Notes: generated by a model not told the origin, from the letters alone. A stretch of 48,813 nt of DNA from a virus (IMGVR_UViG_2718218305_000005:1-48813); one strand, 5' to 3'; positions 1 through 10,035 are shown, counted from the stretch's first letter. Numbers and translations are program-made.

Positions 1-342
1 ATGATGAAAAAAAGTATTCTGGCGTTTCTGTTACTCACCAGTTCTGCAGCGGCGCTGGCTGCACCGCAGGTGATTACCGTCAGCCGTTTTGAAGTGGGTA
101 AAGACAAATGGGCGTTTAATCGCGAAGAGGTGATGCTGACTTGCCGACCGGGTAATGCTTTGTATGTCATCAACCCAAGTACCCTCGTGCAGTATCCTTT
201 AAACGATGTCGCACAGAAGGAAGTTGCCAGTGGGAAGACTAAAGCCCAACCCATTTCGGTGATTCAGATTGATGATCCCAACAATCCCGGCGAAAAAATG
301 AGTCTGGCACCGTTTATAGAACGAGCTGAAAAACTCTGTTAA
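1..342 (+). CDS. yebY: Periplasmic DUF2511-family protein YebY (host flank, outside prophage)
   Basis: 113-aa ORF with N-terminal signal peptide ([22 protein letters not shown]); recalled as E. coli YebY; lies left of the att repeat. Confidence 0.6.
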   Translation: MMKKSILAFLLLTSSAAALAAPQVITVSRFEVGKDKWAFNREEVMLTCRPGNALYVINPSTLVQYPLNDVAQKEVASGKTKAQPISVIQIDDPNNPGEKMSLAPFIERAEKLC

Positions 343-377
343 TTACCTAAAATAGCCTTTTGATTTCCAATAAAAAA

Positions 378-414
378 ACCGCCTCAGTTCTTTCACCAGA
401 ACGGGCGGTTTTTA
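378..414 (+). terminator. Rho-independent terminator downstream of yebY
   Basis: Interrupted GC stem (CCGCC..CAGTTCT / AGAAC..GGCGG) followed by a T5 run. Confidence 0.4.
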
Positions 415-500
415 ACATTTAAGCTGATGACCACCGCGCTTTTTATTGACCATTTTGCACGCAAACTGGAAAACCTGGCGTCGTCATCTATTCTTAAAGG

Positions 501-606
501 GCAAGGCAACTAAGCCTGCATTAATGCCAACTTTTAGCGCACGGCTCTCTCCCAAGAGCCATTTCCCTGGACCGAATACAGGAATCGTACTCGGTCTTTT
601 TTTAAT
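501..606 (+). ncRNA. sdsR: sRNA SdsR (RyeB); its terminator hairpin coincides with the prophage att core
   Basis: Sequence GCAAGGCAACTAAGCCTGCATTAATGCCAAC...GGACCGAATACAGGAATCGTACTCGGTCTTTTTTT matches the recalled SdsR sequence; the yebY-pphA intergenic position is the known ryeA/ryeB locus. Confidence 0.55.
576..606 (+). repeat. attL core (direct repeat of 47716..47746)
   Basis: GAATACAGGAATCGTACTCGGTCTTTTTTTA versus GAATACAGGAATCGTGTTCGGTCTCTTTTTA at the right end; 15 bp exact then 3 mismatches. Confidence 0.6.
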
Positions 607-734
607 TGTATTTAAAATCAATCATTTGCAAGCGTCTCCCCGAAATTCCCCGAAATTTACTCGAATTTCTGTATTCCGGTCTTTTTTGGTTATATCACAA
701 CCAAAATACATTTAACAATCCATTTACGTTAAAA
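607..734. promoter_or_regulatory. attL phage arm with putative arm-type Int-binding repeats
   Basis: Tandem CCCCGAAATT (637..656), ACTCGAATTT, and an inverted core-like CTGTATTCCGGTC; similar motifs recur in the right arm. Confidence 0.3.
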
Positions 735-1811
735 TCAGAGCAGTAAGTACGTTTTTTCTCTCTCATCAAGATACATTTTTGTTGTCTTCTCCGATGTGTG
801 GCCAAGTAGACGCTGAGCAAATTCTTCTCCACATGTTTCTTTGTACAATCGTCCAGCCAGGCTTCTGATCTCGTGAAAAGTTGGTGGGTTTTCACTGAAC
901 TGGATACCTGTTAATTTTCTGGCTGCGACAAATTTTTTTGTCAGGCCATCCGGGTGAATGCTGCCGTCAGGGCTGTTTTTTCTAATCCCGGCACTGATTA
1001 GATAATCTCCCCGGCTTACCAGGCGGCACTGTTCAACTACTGTACCAAGCCGTAGACCAGCGACAGGAAGGCTGAGTGACAGGGGGATAGCAATCATCAT
1101 TCCTGTCTTAATTTGCCTGATGTGGAGACGATCATCATAAATATCACTAAACCGCATATTCGTTATGTCTTCGCGACGTTGTCCTGTTACAAGGGCTAAA
1201 TCCATAGCTAATGGGAACCATGCCGGAAGTTGATCTGCTGCCTCCCTGATGCAGTTGTATGTCTTTAGTTTCAGTCGTTCTCTTGTAACTACTATTTTCG
1301 GTGCTCTTGTTGGCGTTACTGGATTTTGAGATATACGTCCTTCAACAATGGCCTCACGAAACATATCAGACAACACAGAACGCATTGATCCTGCCATTGT
1401 GTTTTTCCCTCCTTCAATCCACAAATCAAGAAACTCGGCAATATGGCGAGTGGTTATTTCTGTCAGTAAAATCTCTCCCAATTTTTCTTTTATTGTCTCC
1501 AGTTGATTTACCCGAATTTTATAAGTATTTCTGGACACTTTTCTCCTTATAAGAATCGTTTTGTAACGTTCAATCCAGTCTGCCATAGTAAATGAGTCGA
1601 ACCCTTTAAGTTTTTCAATTAAGGCAGCAGGAGAGTAGTTTTTGTATATATAATGATTTGCTTCAATTGCCTGCGCGATTGCATCTCTTCTTGAAATTTT
1701 ACCTAGTGTAAATTCTTCTTTCGTCAGAGGGTTGCGCCAGTAATATGCTTTGTCCCTCCTTCGATATGTTAAGTTTTTAGGCAAATTGGGATCGTATTTT
1801 TTCCGCTGCAT
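735..1811 (-). CDS. int: Tyrosine integrase (lambda Int family)
   Basis: 358-aa ORF resembling lambda Int (N-terminal arm-binding region, C-terminal ...HELRSL...LLGH...Y catalytic region); adjacent to attL. Confidence 0.95.
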   Translation of the reverse strand: MQRKKYDPNLPKNLTYRRRDKAYYWRNPLTKEEFTLGKISRRDAIAQAIEANHYIYKNYSPAALIEKLKGFDSFTMADWIERYKTILIRRKVSRNTYKIRVNQLETIKEKLGEILLTEITTRHIAEFLDLWIEGGKNTMAGSMRSVLSDMFREAIVEGRISQNPVTPTRAPKIVVTRERLKLKTYNCIREAADQLPAWFPLAMDLALVTGQRREDITNMRFSDIYDDRLHIRQIKTGMMIAIPLSLSLPVAGLRLGTVVEQCRLVSRGDYLISAGIRKNSPDGSIHPDGLTKKFVAARKLTGIQFSENPPTFHEIRSLAGRLYKETCGEEFAQRLLGHTSEKTTKMYLDEREKTYLLL

Positions 1812-2064
1812 GTTTTAACTTCTCCAGTAACGGACTGTCTCTCCCTTGTCGCCCATTAGGCTGATGGTGTGTTATATCGGTATCAACCTTATTTGGGTTG
1901 ATATAGAAAGCTTCCGGAACCACCCTGTAACTCCTCCCGTGTAGTTCAGGTGCAGGATAAATGTTTCCATTCCTTGCCCATCGTCTCAGCGTTGATATTG
2001 ATGGTGGGTTATCCGGATATCTGAGTTTTCCCCACGTTTTGAGTGTCACAAGATTCATTGCCAT
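1777..2064 (-). CDS. xis: Excisionase (Xis-like)
   Basis: Small basic ORF directly upstream of and overlapping int; lambda Xis-like winged-helix sequence (TLRRWARNGNIYPAPE...); start codon uncertain. Confidence 0.7.
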   Translation of the reverse strand: MAMNLVTLKTWGKLRYPDNPPSISTLRRWARNGNIYPAPELHGRSYRVVPEAFYINPNKVDTDITHHQPNGRQGRDSPLLEKLKHAAEKIRSQFA

Positions 2065-2164
2065 ACCTCTTACGATATGACCGCCAGTAAATATACAGAA
2101 TACTGGCGGGTGTGGTTGATTTTTAATAATCAGCTATGAAGTTCTAATTTGTATATAATGCAAC

Positions 2165-2353
2165 TCACGAGGACAGAAGTTTCTCGCAATTAAAATTTAT
2201 CAGCTTTACTTTCTGCTCTCTGGACACGCCTGCTTCTTTTTTCCATGAGAGCATTTTTTCGCATTCTGATTTCGTTAATTTAGATTTTGAATATCTTGTC
2301 CAGTTAGTAGGAGTGCCACCTTCTTTTTCAATAGTGGCAGTTATTTTATACAT
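2165..2353 (-). CDS. Hypothetical small protein (Rac YdaC-like position)
   Basis: ORF immediately downstream of lar in the same operon; start set at the internal Met (MYKITAT) after the lar stop. Confidence 0.4.
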   Translation of the reverse strand: MYKITATIEKEGGTPTNWTRYSKSKLTKSECEKMLSWKKEAGVSREQKVKLINFNCEKLLSS

Positions 2354-2552
2354 GAACACCTCCATTATTATTTCCAGTAGTTCGTTTATTCCATCTTTCG
2401 AGTGCTTCTTTTTCACTTCCACCATAGCCAGTTCGGGATTCGCATCCGTTGCATTTTGCCCGGTAATATCCTGAAATTGCTTTCACCGTAACAGATGGAC
2501 AACCACAAAACGGACATGGTTTAACATCGTCATATCTCATAATTTTTGTCAT
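2346..2552 (-). CDS. lar: Restriction alleviation protein Lar/RalR family
   Basis: About 68 aa with CPFCG...C..C zinc-finger motifs typical of the Lar family; Rac-like position between recT and ydaC. Confidence 0.7.
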   Translation of the reverse strand: MTKIMRYDDVKPCPFCGCPSVTVKAISGYYRAKCNGCESRTGYGGSEKEALERWNKRTTGNNNGGVHV

Positions 2553-2726
2553 AAAAACTGTCTCACGTTGGCGGTGCATTACACCGCCAGGCTGAATTAT
2601 TCTTCTGAATTATCGATCACACTGTATTCCCCGGTTAATACAGAGGAGTCTGCCGGATCGATTGTCAGTGGTTCCTTTTCATCCATTGATACTGCACGCT
2701 GGATTTCAATTGAGACAGGCAGGTAT

Positions 2727-3407
2727 TTAAACAGGCGACGAATAGCCGTTTTTTTTTGCCATTTCTTCCCAGTGAGTTACCCATGGCCCGTTATTACCAG
2801 CCTTACTCTGGCTGCGCACCAGTTCAATCTGTTTGCGCGTCATAACTTCAAATTGAGTCCCTCCGTCTTTCAGTCTTGCGACAGCATAGACGTGGGTCAC
2901 TGGTGCATCTTCGTTTTCTCCCGGGCGGTGTATTAACTTTTCATCAAGGCCAAATTCAAAACTAAACTCGTCACCTTCACGGACAACACGGGCTGACAGG
3001 CTGGCGATTTGACCAGAACGGCGAGCCAGATCAATCATGCCGCGATAACCAATGATTAGCTGAACGTTCTTTTTACCGCTCTTTTCGTTTTTATTACCAA
3101 AAGGCAGTAAATATGCGTGACCGAGGGCGCTACCTGGCTCAAGGCCGAGCTGTGAACACTGAACGATCGCACTGACAAAACTCATGGTGTCACAGTTTCC
3201 TAGCGCCGGAACCTTACGAATTTCTGTGGTGGCGATACGTATCATTCGTTCAGCCGTCATATGGCGTGGGAGAGCTGCTGCCAGTTGCTCTTTCATTGAT
3301 GGCTGATTAATAAAGCTGATCACGTCGTTATTTTTTACTGCTGCTGGTGCACGGTTTCCCTGGGTTTTTTGCAGATCGGCTTTTGCGATAGGTGGTTGCT
3401 TAGTCAT
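2727..3407 (-). CDS. recT: Recombinase RecT (C-terminus altered by an apparent +1 frameshift in an A9 tract)
   Basis: Matches recalled Rac RecT from [14 protein letters not shown] onward; after ...EEMAKK the frame changes at a 9-nt homopolymer (2749..2757) and the remaining RecT C-terminus continues in another frame to 2597. Confidence 0.85.
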   Translation of the reverse strand: MTKQPPIAKADLQKTQGNRAPAAVKNNDVISFINQPSMKEQLAAALPRHMTAERMIRIATTEIRKVPALGNCDTMSFVSAIVQCSQLGLEPGSALGHAYLLPFGNKNEKSGKKNVQLIIGYRGMIDLARRSGQIASLSARVVREGDEFSFEFGLDEKLIHRPGENEDAPVTHVYAVARLKDGGTQFEVMTRKQIELVRSQSKAGNNGPWVTHWEEMAKKNGYSSPV

Positions 3408-6000
3408 TTGCATACTCCTTAGCCCAGCGGGGCAGTGATAACGTTTTAATAGCTGGCCATTCATCGGTATTCAGGCAGTCAGCCAGGGTCCTCAGATTGC
3501 GGTGATATTCCTGCTGGCCTGCCAGTTTTGCTTCTTCGCCCATCATGAAAATCTCAACCGGGTAACGTCCGCATTCAACAGTTGTGCTGGCAACCAGAAA
3601 AACGAAAGTTGGCAGCACGCCAAACTGTGCTTCATAACCGTCACTGTAGAATGCATCCTGAACGTGATAGCGGTAGTCGTAATAAGCCGTTTTGAATCGT
3701 TGAATATCCGCTGTGGTTTTCACGTCCATGATCCAGTGAAATTCAGGAATAATTTTGTCCGGACGGCACCGACACAAAATTCCTGTTTCAGGATCTTCCC
3801 AGTAAATTGATGATTCAGCGTGTCCGGCGCTTTCAACAAGCCATTGACCCAGCGGCAAAGCCATAACGCTCTGATACATGAGTTCAATTTTCCGGCCTTC
3901 TTCGGCAGTGATAACCGTTTTTCCTGTGCTTGCGCATTCCATCAGAAACGCTTTCTCCTCTTCTTTTCCGGCGGTTGTACGGCGGTTAAATTCAGGTGCC
4001 ACGATAAAGCGGTTACTGAATTCTTCCGGTTCAAGTACACGGCAGTGGAAAGCGGTTCCTAAATCGAGCGTTTTTGTCTTTGTGGTGTCCACTGGGGCAT
4101 TTTTACGCCACAAATACAGAGCCGGAGTATCAGCAATGTCGTCGAGCTGAGACTTACTGACACCGGGACCCGCGTGGTAATTCTCATTCGAAATTCCGTA
4201 ATAAATACCAGGCTCTATGTCTCCTGCGATTACGGGATCTGCGACTTCGCCAGTTTCATCATTGCAATCGCGATGCGGATCGCTGCCAGCATTCTCATTG
4301 TGCGGATGTTCAGCGCCTTCCATTTCCTCCGGATCATTTTCCTTAGCTTCAACCTGACTCTCTTCATCGAATGTTTCCTGGTATGTTGCGTCGCCCATCA
4401 CCGCACCACAGTCAGGGCAGTTATCCCCGCCAGTCTGGCCGCAGGCATTGCAGGCTATTTCCGGTTCCTGTTGCACTACTGGCTCAGGTTGATTCATATC
4501 TGGGCTGGTTTTTTCCGTTTCTGGCTGGTTCTGGTACACACAATCGCGAGTCTGGATCCCCTTTACCCATTTCGGATCGTTCGGGTCGCTAATTCCGTCA
4601 ACAAATTCACCACGTGATGCAGCAAGCAATTTATCGGCATCGACAGGATTTTTTGATGGAATGTTTTTCCGGGCTTCATGGAGTTCTGCCCGCAGTTCCT
4701 GATATTTCGCATCAACAGAATTTACCTGTGACTGAGCATCCAGCGGCTGCGTGTCCTGATGATGTTCAGTTGCGTCCGGTTCCATTGTTTCAGCCTCTCC
4801 CTGTTCAACTGCCGTTGTTCCAGATGGTTGCGGTTTTTCTTCATCATCCTGTTTTCCTTCTTCTGTTACTCGCTGCGGCATCGGGGCAGAGGAGCGACCG
4901 CAGGCAATATCCACGATTTCCGGATCAGGGTTGGCATGATCGGTTTCAGTCAGTACTTTGTTCAGATATTCAGTGACGTGCGCGGGGATGACCTCGATCC
5001 CAATTGGTGCTTCTTTTACGGACGCAACCACGATGGCGCGGGAATAATCCAGCCCGCCAGGCATGGTGATGAATTTGTCGCGGAAAACAGAAAAGGGCGG
5101 TTTATTTTCAGCGATAATTTCCTCAATGCGTTTAGCGTGTGCCGGATGAAGGTTATAGATGTCCAGATCCATTGAACGGGCCAGTACGCCAGTGGCTACG
5201 TCGCGCGCCAGTGACGTCAGATCGTGTACGAAACCTTCGCCGCGATCGGTGAGGTTTCCGCCGCCAGCATTAGCACCGGAAGCCGTGCGAGTGATGTGTG
5301 AAACACGATTACCCTTCATCCACTCTTTTGTCAGCAGTCCTCGATCGGTGTAGTCAGCGTTCAGGTATGCTTCGAAAAAAGCAGTTATCAGTCCCAGGTT
5401 TGAATTACCAGGATTAGGGAAAACTTTGTCAGTGTCACGAACCAGTTTGTGGAGTTCGCGAATTTCCAGCGGGTCGAGCAGGCTGGTTTTGTGGGAAACA
5501 GCCAGGGCAGTAACAGCCGGTAGTTCTTCAGCCCGAGCAATGTGTAATGCCTGGAGTCCGTCGCGTGAAACGTGCGTTACCGGTTTTTCGCTGCCGTGTT
5601 GAGCAAGCCAACGAATGGGCAGTTCCTGGCCAGAAATTGGGAGTAGCATATTCTCCTCAATCTCAGTCATGTCTTCGCCGTTGACGTTGGTATTGCCTTG
5701 ATAATGAGCGTTGTCTGGTGCTGCTCCCGGTTTTAGTTCCCATGTCATGGAGTCTTTGCTGAGTTGATAGCGTTCACTCCAGGTAAAATCGATCTCACCT
5801 TCAGCGGGCAGGTCATTAACGACAGGAAAATTCGTGGCAACAGCTTTAAAATAGCTGCTCAGTTTTTTACCTGACTTAACGATCAGGTAGTCCAGAGTGG
5901 CACAGGTCGATTCAAAATCGTTGCTTGCCCACAGGACGACGTCAGGTTCACCGGATGATTTTTTCGCTTTCCGTAACAGGAAGAGTGGTTTTGTGCTCAT
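3400..6000 (-). CDS. recE: Exodeoxyribonuclease VIII RecE
   Basis: 866-aa ORF matching recalled Rac RecE in length and sequence; upstream of and overlapping recT. Confidence 0.95.
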   Translation of the reverse strand: MSTKPLFLLRKAKKSSGEPDVVLWASNDFESTCATLDYLIVKSGKKLSSYFKAVATNFPVVNDLPAEGEIDFTWSERYQLSKDSMTWELKPGAAPDNAHYQGNTNVNGEDMTEIEENMLLPISGQELPIRWLAQHGSEKPVTHVSRDGLQALHIARAEELPAVTALAVSHKTSLLDPLEIRELHKLVRDTDKVFPNPGNSNLGLITAFFEAYLNADYTDRGLLTKEWMKGNRVSHITRTASGANAGGGNLTDRGEGFVHDLTSLARDVATGVLARSMDLDIYNLHPAHAKRIEEIIAENKPPFSVFRDKFITMPGGLDYSRAIVVASVKEAPIGIEVIPAHVTEYLNKVLTETDHANPDPEIVDIACGRSSAPMPQRVTEEGKQDDEEKPQPSGTTAVEQGEAETMEPDATEHHQDTQPLDAQSQVNSVDAKYQELRAELHEARKNIPSKNPVDADKLLAASRGEFVDGISDPNDPKWVKGIQTRDCVYQNQPETEKTSPDMNQPEPVVQQEPEIACNACGQTGGDNCPDCGAVMGDATYQETFDEESQVEAKENDPEEMEGAEHPHNENAGSDPHRDCNDETGEVADPVIAGDIEPGIYYGISNENYHAGPGVSKSQLDDIADTPALYLWRKNAPVDTTKTKTLDLGTAFHCRVLEPEEFSNRFIVAPEFNRRTTAGKEEEKAFLMECASTGKTVITAEEGRKIELMYQSVMALPLGQWLVESAGHAESSIYWEDPETGILCRCRPDKIIPEFHWIMDVKTTADIQRFKTAYYDYRYHVQDAFYSDGYEAQFGVLPTFVFLVASTTVECGRYPVEIFMMGEEAKLAGQQEYHRNLRTLADCLNTDEWPAIKTLSLPRWAKEYAND

Positions 6001-6101
6001 TGTTTTTTAACCTCAACTCAGATTAAAATTCGTTTTGTTCAGTGAATGATCTTGCCGGATACACACTGTTCATAGCCTGCGCCATACGCAGGCTATTTCT
6101 T

Positions 6102-6377
6102 TCAGATTTCACCTTTTAATTTCATTGCAATTAGAGTTGCCAGAAATTCGGCTTTTTTTTCTGCGGGCAGATTCTTTCCGATATGCACCAGGCACATTTT
6201 TTTGACACCTTCATCAAGTGTTTTTACGTTGCCTGATGGACCATCGATATCAACCACAGTGAATGGGGTTTCTTTATTTTCTGTTTTAATTACGTAGCCA
6301 ATGCGCTTTCCTTCCAGATTCACCTCGTGAACAATGTCATCGGTAGTTACAACAGTGGCTTCATAATTGGTAATCAT
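6102..6377 (-). CDS. racC: RacC-like protein
   Basis: 91-aa ORF (MITNYEATVVTTDDIVHEV...) matching recalled Rac RacC. Confidence 0.8.
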   Translation of the reverse strand: MITNYEATVVTTDDIVHEVNLEGKRIGYVIKTENKETPFTVVDIDGPSGNVKTLDEGVKKMCLVHIGKNLPAEKKAEFLATLIAMKLKGEI

Positions 6378-6451
6378 GTTTTTCTCCTTAATTAAGGTTG
6401 AGCGAATACCTGCCATTTCTGGCATAAATTCAGTTTCGAATAGTCAATTAA

Positions 6452-6622
6452 TTAAAGTTCATGTGCCATCTGGTCTTTTTCGGCACAAGCTTCACTGCAA
6501 TATTTTCTCGGTTCGTCTTTTGATAAAATCCCGTGCATGAAGTGAAGCATTCTTTCAATAGCTTTGCTTTCTTCAACGTCTTTTTTGCAAAGGTGGTAAG
6601 CACATTTTATTTTCTTAGTCAT
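6452..6622 (-). CDS. ydaE: YdaE-like small zinc-binding protein
   Basis: 56-aa [59 protein letters not shown] read from the minus strand (below the ORF-track length cutoff). Confidence 0.7.
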   Translation of the reverse strand: MTKKIKCAYHLCKKDVEESKAIERMLHFMHGILSKDEPRKYCSEACAEKDQMAHEL

Positions 6623-6843
6623 CACCATGACTCCGCCTTTACAGGTAAACCATCACGACCGAGGAAGACTTTAATCATGCGGTCAGTAATGCATGTTTTT
6701 GTGGTCAGGTTACGAATATATAGTTTTCGCTTTTTAATATTGTTTGCCGAGGCAATATATGTCCGGCCTTCATGAAGAACATAATCGCCAGGAGTCACAC
6801 ACTGACGTGGTATTTCATCAGTTCCGAAGTGATGTGCAATCAT
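6622..6843 (-). CDS. kilR: KilR-like cell-division inhibitor
   Basis: 73-aa [25 protein letters not shown]... matching recalled Rac KilR; Rac gene order. Confidence 0.8.
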   Translation of the reverse strand: MIAHHFGTDEIPRQCVTPGDYVLHEGRTYIASANNIKKRKLYIRNLTTKTCITDRMIKVFLGRDGLPVKAESW

Positions 6844-7250
6844 AATTATCTCCATTTTTACAAATGAACTTTGTTGATGCGGTGCCTGGTGCCTCCAGGT
6901 GACTGCAACCAGTTAACAATTACAGTCGGCTTTCCCACCCAAACCAATAAGGACTAACATGACTTTTAACTGTGCCACGTGCGCTTAGCCGCATTCACCG
7001 CATCACAAAATTCACTTTAAAAAGGGCGGACATCAGCCGAACTTCAAGAAAAAAACTGATGCCGCCAGGACTACACACAGCAATGTCGTTATTTACAACC
7101 GGAGGCGCACTCCCACCATTTAAATTTAACAGACAAGACCGACTCTTTATGGATATCGGAAATGCGCCTTCGTGTTGTGCGCCTGTCTTTTTACCACTTC
7201 AGGCTCGGTGGTATACTGGAGTTCTCACACAACCAGTAAGGAGAATAATT

Positions 7251-7430
7251 GTGCTATCCAATATGAATGAAATTGATTCGTTAGTTTTTGAATATTTGCG
7301 ACTTAAGCACCCCAAAGGCTGGGATTGCAGTGAAGCCGATTTTATTTCAGAAGTTCAACGCCTGAGAGCGGAGTTTACCGAGCTTCTTAACCCGCCTCAG
7401 CGTGATATCCCCCCTGGGTTTATTGGTTAA
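7251..7430 (+). CDS. Hypothetical small protein (in the position sieB occupies in Rac)
   Basis: 59-aa ORF with GTG start 5 nt after AAGGAGA; ends PPGFIG; no membrane segments, so not SieB. Confidence 0.3.
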   Translation: MLSNMNEIDSLVFEYLRLKHPKGWDCSEADFISEVQRLRAEFTELLNPPQRDIPPGFIG

Positions 7431-7791
7431 TCGCTAGAGTAATCATTGATTTGATACTGGCAACGGCTGCTGCGCTTGCCGTTGCCACAGCATTTTCAAC
7501 AAACTCTTTATCTTTGCCTTTTAATGTTAGTTCTTCTATTATCCGGCAAAATGTAGGTTGATATTTTTCCAGAACAAAGTAAGCAAATTCTCTGTTAACG
7601 CTGTGCCCATAAACAATAATATTTTTATCTGTTTGCTTTGTATTTGTATCATATGCAGAATGTAGACTTTTATTAGCCATAATAATTCGTTCTTCAGTGC
7701 CTGCATTTGGTTCCAGCTGCTGGAGGCGCTTTGCATCCTCCAGAAGCAGAGCGATAACGTGTTTTAATTCTGTCTCGTTCATTTTACTCAC
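7420..7791 (-). CDS. Hypothetical 123-aa protein (unknown function)
   Basis: ORF in the leftward early operon between ydaF-like and kilR; no recognisable motif. Confidence 0.5.
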   Translation of the reverse strand: MSKMNETELKHVIALLLEDAKRLQQLEPNAGTEERIIMANKSLHSAYDTNTKQTDKNIIVYGHSVNREFAYFVLEKYQPTFCRIIEELTLKGKDKEFVENAVATASAAAVASIKSMITLAINQ

Positions 7792-7939
7792 CTGAATGTC
7801 TTCCCAACCAACGACGTGCGCCTGTTTCAGTTTTAAATGTTTTGCTTTTGGTATACGTCATGGCGGTGAACGTTCCATCCTGGTTGGGGAACACGCCACA
7901 CACTAGGGATTCGTTGTTGCCGAGGTCGATTTTTTGCAT
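7784..7939 (-). CDS. YdaF-like small protein
   Basis: 51-aa ORF MQKIDLGNNESLVCGVFPNQDGTFTAMTYTKSKTFKTETGARRWLGRHSGE; Rac-like position. Confidence 0.5.
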   Translation of the reverse strand: MQKIDLGNNESLVCGVFPNQDGTFTAMTYTKSKTFKTETGARRWLGRHSGE

Positions 7940-7949
7940 TTTGCGAATC

Positions 7950-8084
7950 TCACATCTTGTTGCTGCATATAGCGGCTTCTGCCTGCCAGAGATCCCAGTC
8001 GTTGCTGCGTAGAGCCTGTACAGCTTGGCTGTAAGTGATACCGCAACAATCCATCAAATACTGAACTACTTCGTAATGCACCAT
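7950..8084 (-). CDS. YdaG-like small protein
   Basis: 44-aa ORF MVHYEVVQYLMDCCGITYSQAVQALRSNDWDLWQAEAAICSNKM; Rac-like position next to the repressor. Confidence 0.5.
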   Translation of the reverse strand: MVHYEVVQYLMDCCGITYSQAVQALRSNDWDLWQAEAAICSNKM

Positions 8085-8320
8085 TTTATCTCTCCCTTTA
8101 ACGCCGGGTGGCGGAACTAAAACCTACAGCGCCGTGCTGCTTCTGTAATAATATTAGTTATGTTCATATTAATGATCAACACAAATATGCATTTCGTTGA
8201 TAAAAATGTACTATCCTAATGAAATTTTTAGTGTTTTTTTTGATAAAAAGTAAGGCGGGGGCGGGCGGAGGGGACAAAAAAACCGCCAAAAATGGCGGTT
8301 TAGTTACGAGATGGTGGGAG

Positions 8321-8785
8321 CTATTTCTTCATGCGTTTTTGAGCTGCCAGCATATTTTCAAATGCTTCTTTGTAGAGTTCATTCTGACCTTTAAGTCTTT
8401 CGATTAGTTTTGCTTTTTCTGATTCGGGAAGGATATCAAAAAGATCTAGTAAATCAGCTTGTTGCTTGTTAACCATCCGCCAACCTTCGCCTTCGAAACT
8501 TTCGTCATAAGTTCCTGAGGAACGGACGTAATTCATCAGATCAGCTAAATCAGGCCTCAACTCTTCAGGCTTAACTCTTAGTAATACAGCGAATTTTAAT
8601 GCCGCATCAGTATTAAGTGGAGCCTTTCCGTTGAGATAATGGCTAACCGCAGATTGCGCCTCAAAACCCATTAGCTCGGCAGCAAGCTCCTGAGTCAGTT
8701 TGAGCTCTCTTTTTTTTGCATCCCAGATTGCGCGCAGACGTTGCGTAGCTTCCGGCGATGCGATTTCTTCGCGTTTTCTTCTCAT
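8321..8785 (-). CDS. racR: Prophage repressor, RacR-like (HTH, no peptidase domain)
   Basis: 154-aa ORF with XRE-type HTH (TQELAAELMGFEAQSAVSHYLNG) and coiled C-terminus; divergent from a Cro-like gene. Confidence 0.8.
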   Translation of the reverse strand: MRRKREEIASPEATQRLRAIWDAKKRELKLTQELAAELMGFEAQSAVSHYLNGKAPLNTDAALKFAVLLRVKPEELRPDLADLMNYVRSSGTYDESFEGEGWRMVNKQQADLLDLFDILPESEKAKLIERLKGQNELYKEAFENMLAAQKRMKK

Positions 8786-8889
8786 ACCACCATCTTATGA
8801 ATACAGTTCATAATCTCAAACTGATATAGGTATTGATCATTTAAATTAGTATGGTTAATATTTTTGTGAGCATTACTAAGGTGACCATT
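8786..8889. promoter_or_regulatory. Divergent immunity-region promoter/operator
   Basis: AT-rich intergenic region between divergent repressor and Cro-like genes; partial palindrome TATGAATACAGTTCATA. Confidence 0.4.
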
Positions 8890-9165
8890 ATGACATTAGA
8901 TGAATATTTGAAAAAAAATCGTGTACGACAGTCTTGTTTGGCCGCGCTGGCTGGTTGTTCGCAATCAATGATTAGCCTCGTTGCTACTGGACGTAGTCAG
9001 TTAAGCCCTGAAAAGGTATTGCGTATCGCAGAGGCTACGAATTTCGAGGTTACACCTCATGAACTCCGGCCTGATATCTACCCTAATCCGACCGATGGTT
9101 TACCTGTTGGATGTAAGGCTAACACGCAAAATGCACAGGAGTTGATTCATGAAAATCAGGCATGA
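8890..9165 (+). CDS. ydaS: Cro-like HTH regulator YdaS family
   Basis: HTH protein (MTLDEYLKKNRVRQSCLAALAGCSQSMISLVATG) transcribed divergently from the repressor. Confidence 0.8.
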   Translation: MTLDEYLKKNRVRQSCLAALAGCSQSMISLVATGRSQLSPEKVLRIAEATNFEVTPHELRPDIYPNPTDGLPVGCKANTQNAQELIHENQA

Positions 9166-9571
9166 GCACATCGAATCAGTGTTGTTAGCCCTGGCAGCCG
9201 AAAAAGGGCAGGCGTGGGTCGCTAACGCAATTACTGAAGAATATCTGCGCCAGGGGGGCGGCGAATTGCCCCTGGTACCAGGCAAGGACTGGAACAATCA
9301 GCAGAATATCTATCACCGTTGGTTGAAAGGTGAAACGAAAGCGCAAAGGGAAAAAATTCAGAAACTGATCCCTGCGGTTCTGGCAATTATTCCGCGCGAG
9401 CTGCGTCACCGACTCTGCATCTTCGATACCCTGGAACGCCGTGCATTACTGGCGGCGCAGGAAGCGTTGAGTACGGCAATTGATGCGCATGATGATGCAG
9501 TCCAGGCCGTTTACCGGAAAGCACATTTCAGCGGTGGTGGGTCGCCCGGCGATTCTGTCGTAGTGCATTGA
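9149..9571 (+). CDS. ydaT: YdaT-family protein
   Basis: 140-aa ORF MKIRHEHIESVLLALAAEKGQAWVANAITEEYLRQGGGELPLVPG... resembling recalled Rac YdaT. Confidence 0.8.
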   Translation: MKIRHEHIESVLLALAAEKGQAWVANAITEEYLRQGGGELPLVPGKDWNNQQNIYHRWLKGETKAQREKIQKLIPAVLAIIPRELRHRLCIFDTLERRALLAAQEALSTAIDAHDDAVQAVYRKAHFSGGGSPGDSVVVH

Positions 9572-9615
9572 TTGAAATTAATCGTGCCGGATTGTTTTGT
9601 TCGGTATCAGTTAAA

Positions 9616-10035
9616 TGTAACGCTGCGAGCGTTACAAGGTGAAAACAAATGGCTTCAAACTGGATAAAGCTCGAGGTTATTACGCCGGATAAGCCGGAAA
9701 TATTCAGGCTTGCTGAGATTCTGAATATTGATCCAGATGCCGCATTAGGGAAGGTTATTCGCTTCTGGGCATGGGCGGATCAACAAATGATAGACGGTAA
9801 TGCAGATTGTAACGCTCGCGGCGTTACAAAAAGTGCAATAGATCGCATCACTTTTATGGCTGGTTTTGCTGATGCGTTAATTCAGGTTGGATGGCTGGTC
9901 GAAAATGACGGTGGGCTTTCTCTACCTAACTTTGAACGTCATAACGGAAAAAGCTCTAAAAAACGGGCGGTTACAAACGAGCGAGTTACAAAAATACGCG
10001 AACTGAAACGAAAATGTAACGCTGCCAGCGTTACA
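9616..10035. repeat. Three copies of a 21-bp palindrome TGTAACGC-N5-GCGTTACA (putative origin iterons or operator sites)
   Basis: Copies at 9616..9636, 9808..9828 and 10015..10035, plus GTTACA half-sites at 9968..9995; one upstream of and two inside the replication gene. Confidence 0.6.

Noticed and set aside
1301-1552. 83-aa plus-strand ORF inside the integrase gene
   Set aside because: Antisense to int with no RBS; typical spurious ORF.
3502-5353. Several plus-strand ORFs (3502..3810, 3820..4062, 3878..4150, 4174..4617, 4614..4976, 4759..5175, 5159..5353) inside recE
   Set aside because: They are antisense to a well-supported 866-aa RecE ORF, lack ribosome binding sites, and give low-complexity translations.
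6533-6775. 80-aa plus-strand ORF overlapping ydaE and kilR
   Set aside because: Antisense to two recognisable Rac-like genes.
6972-7262. Long N-terminal extension of the plus-strand ORF 6972..7430
   Set aside because: The upstream portion has no start context and a basic, low-complexity translation; only the last 59 codons have an SD-linked GTG start.
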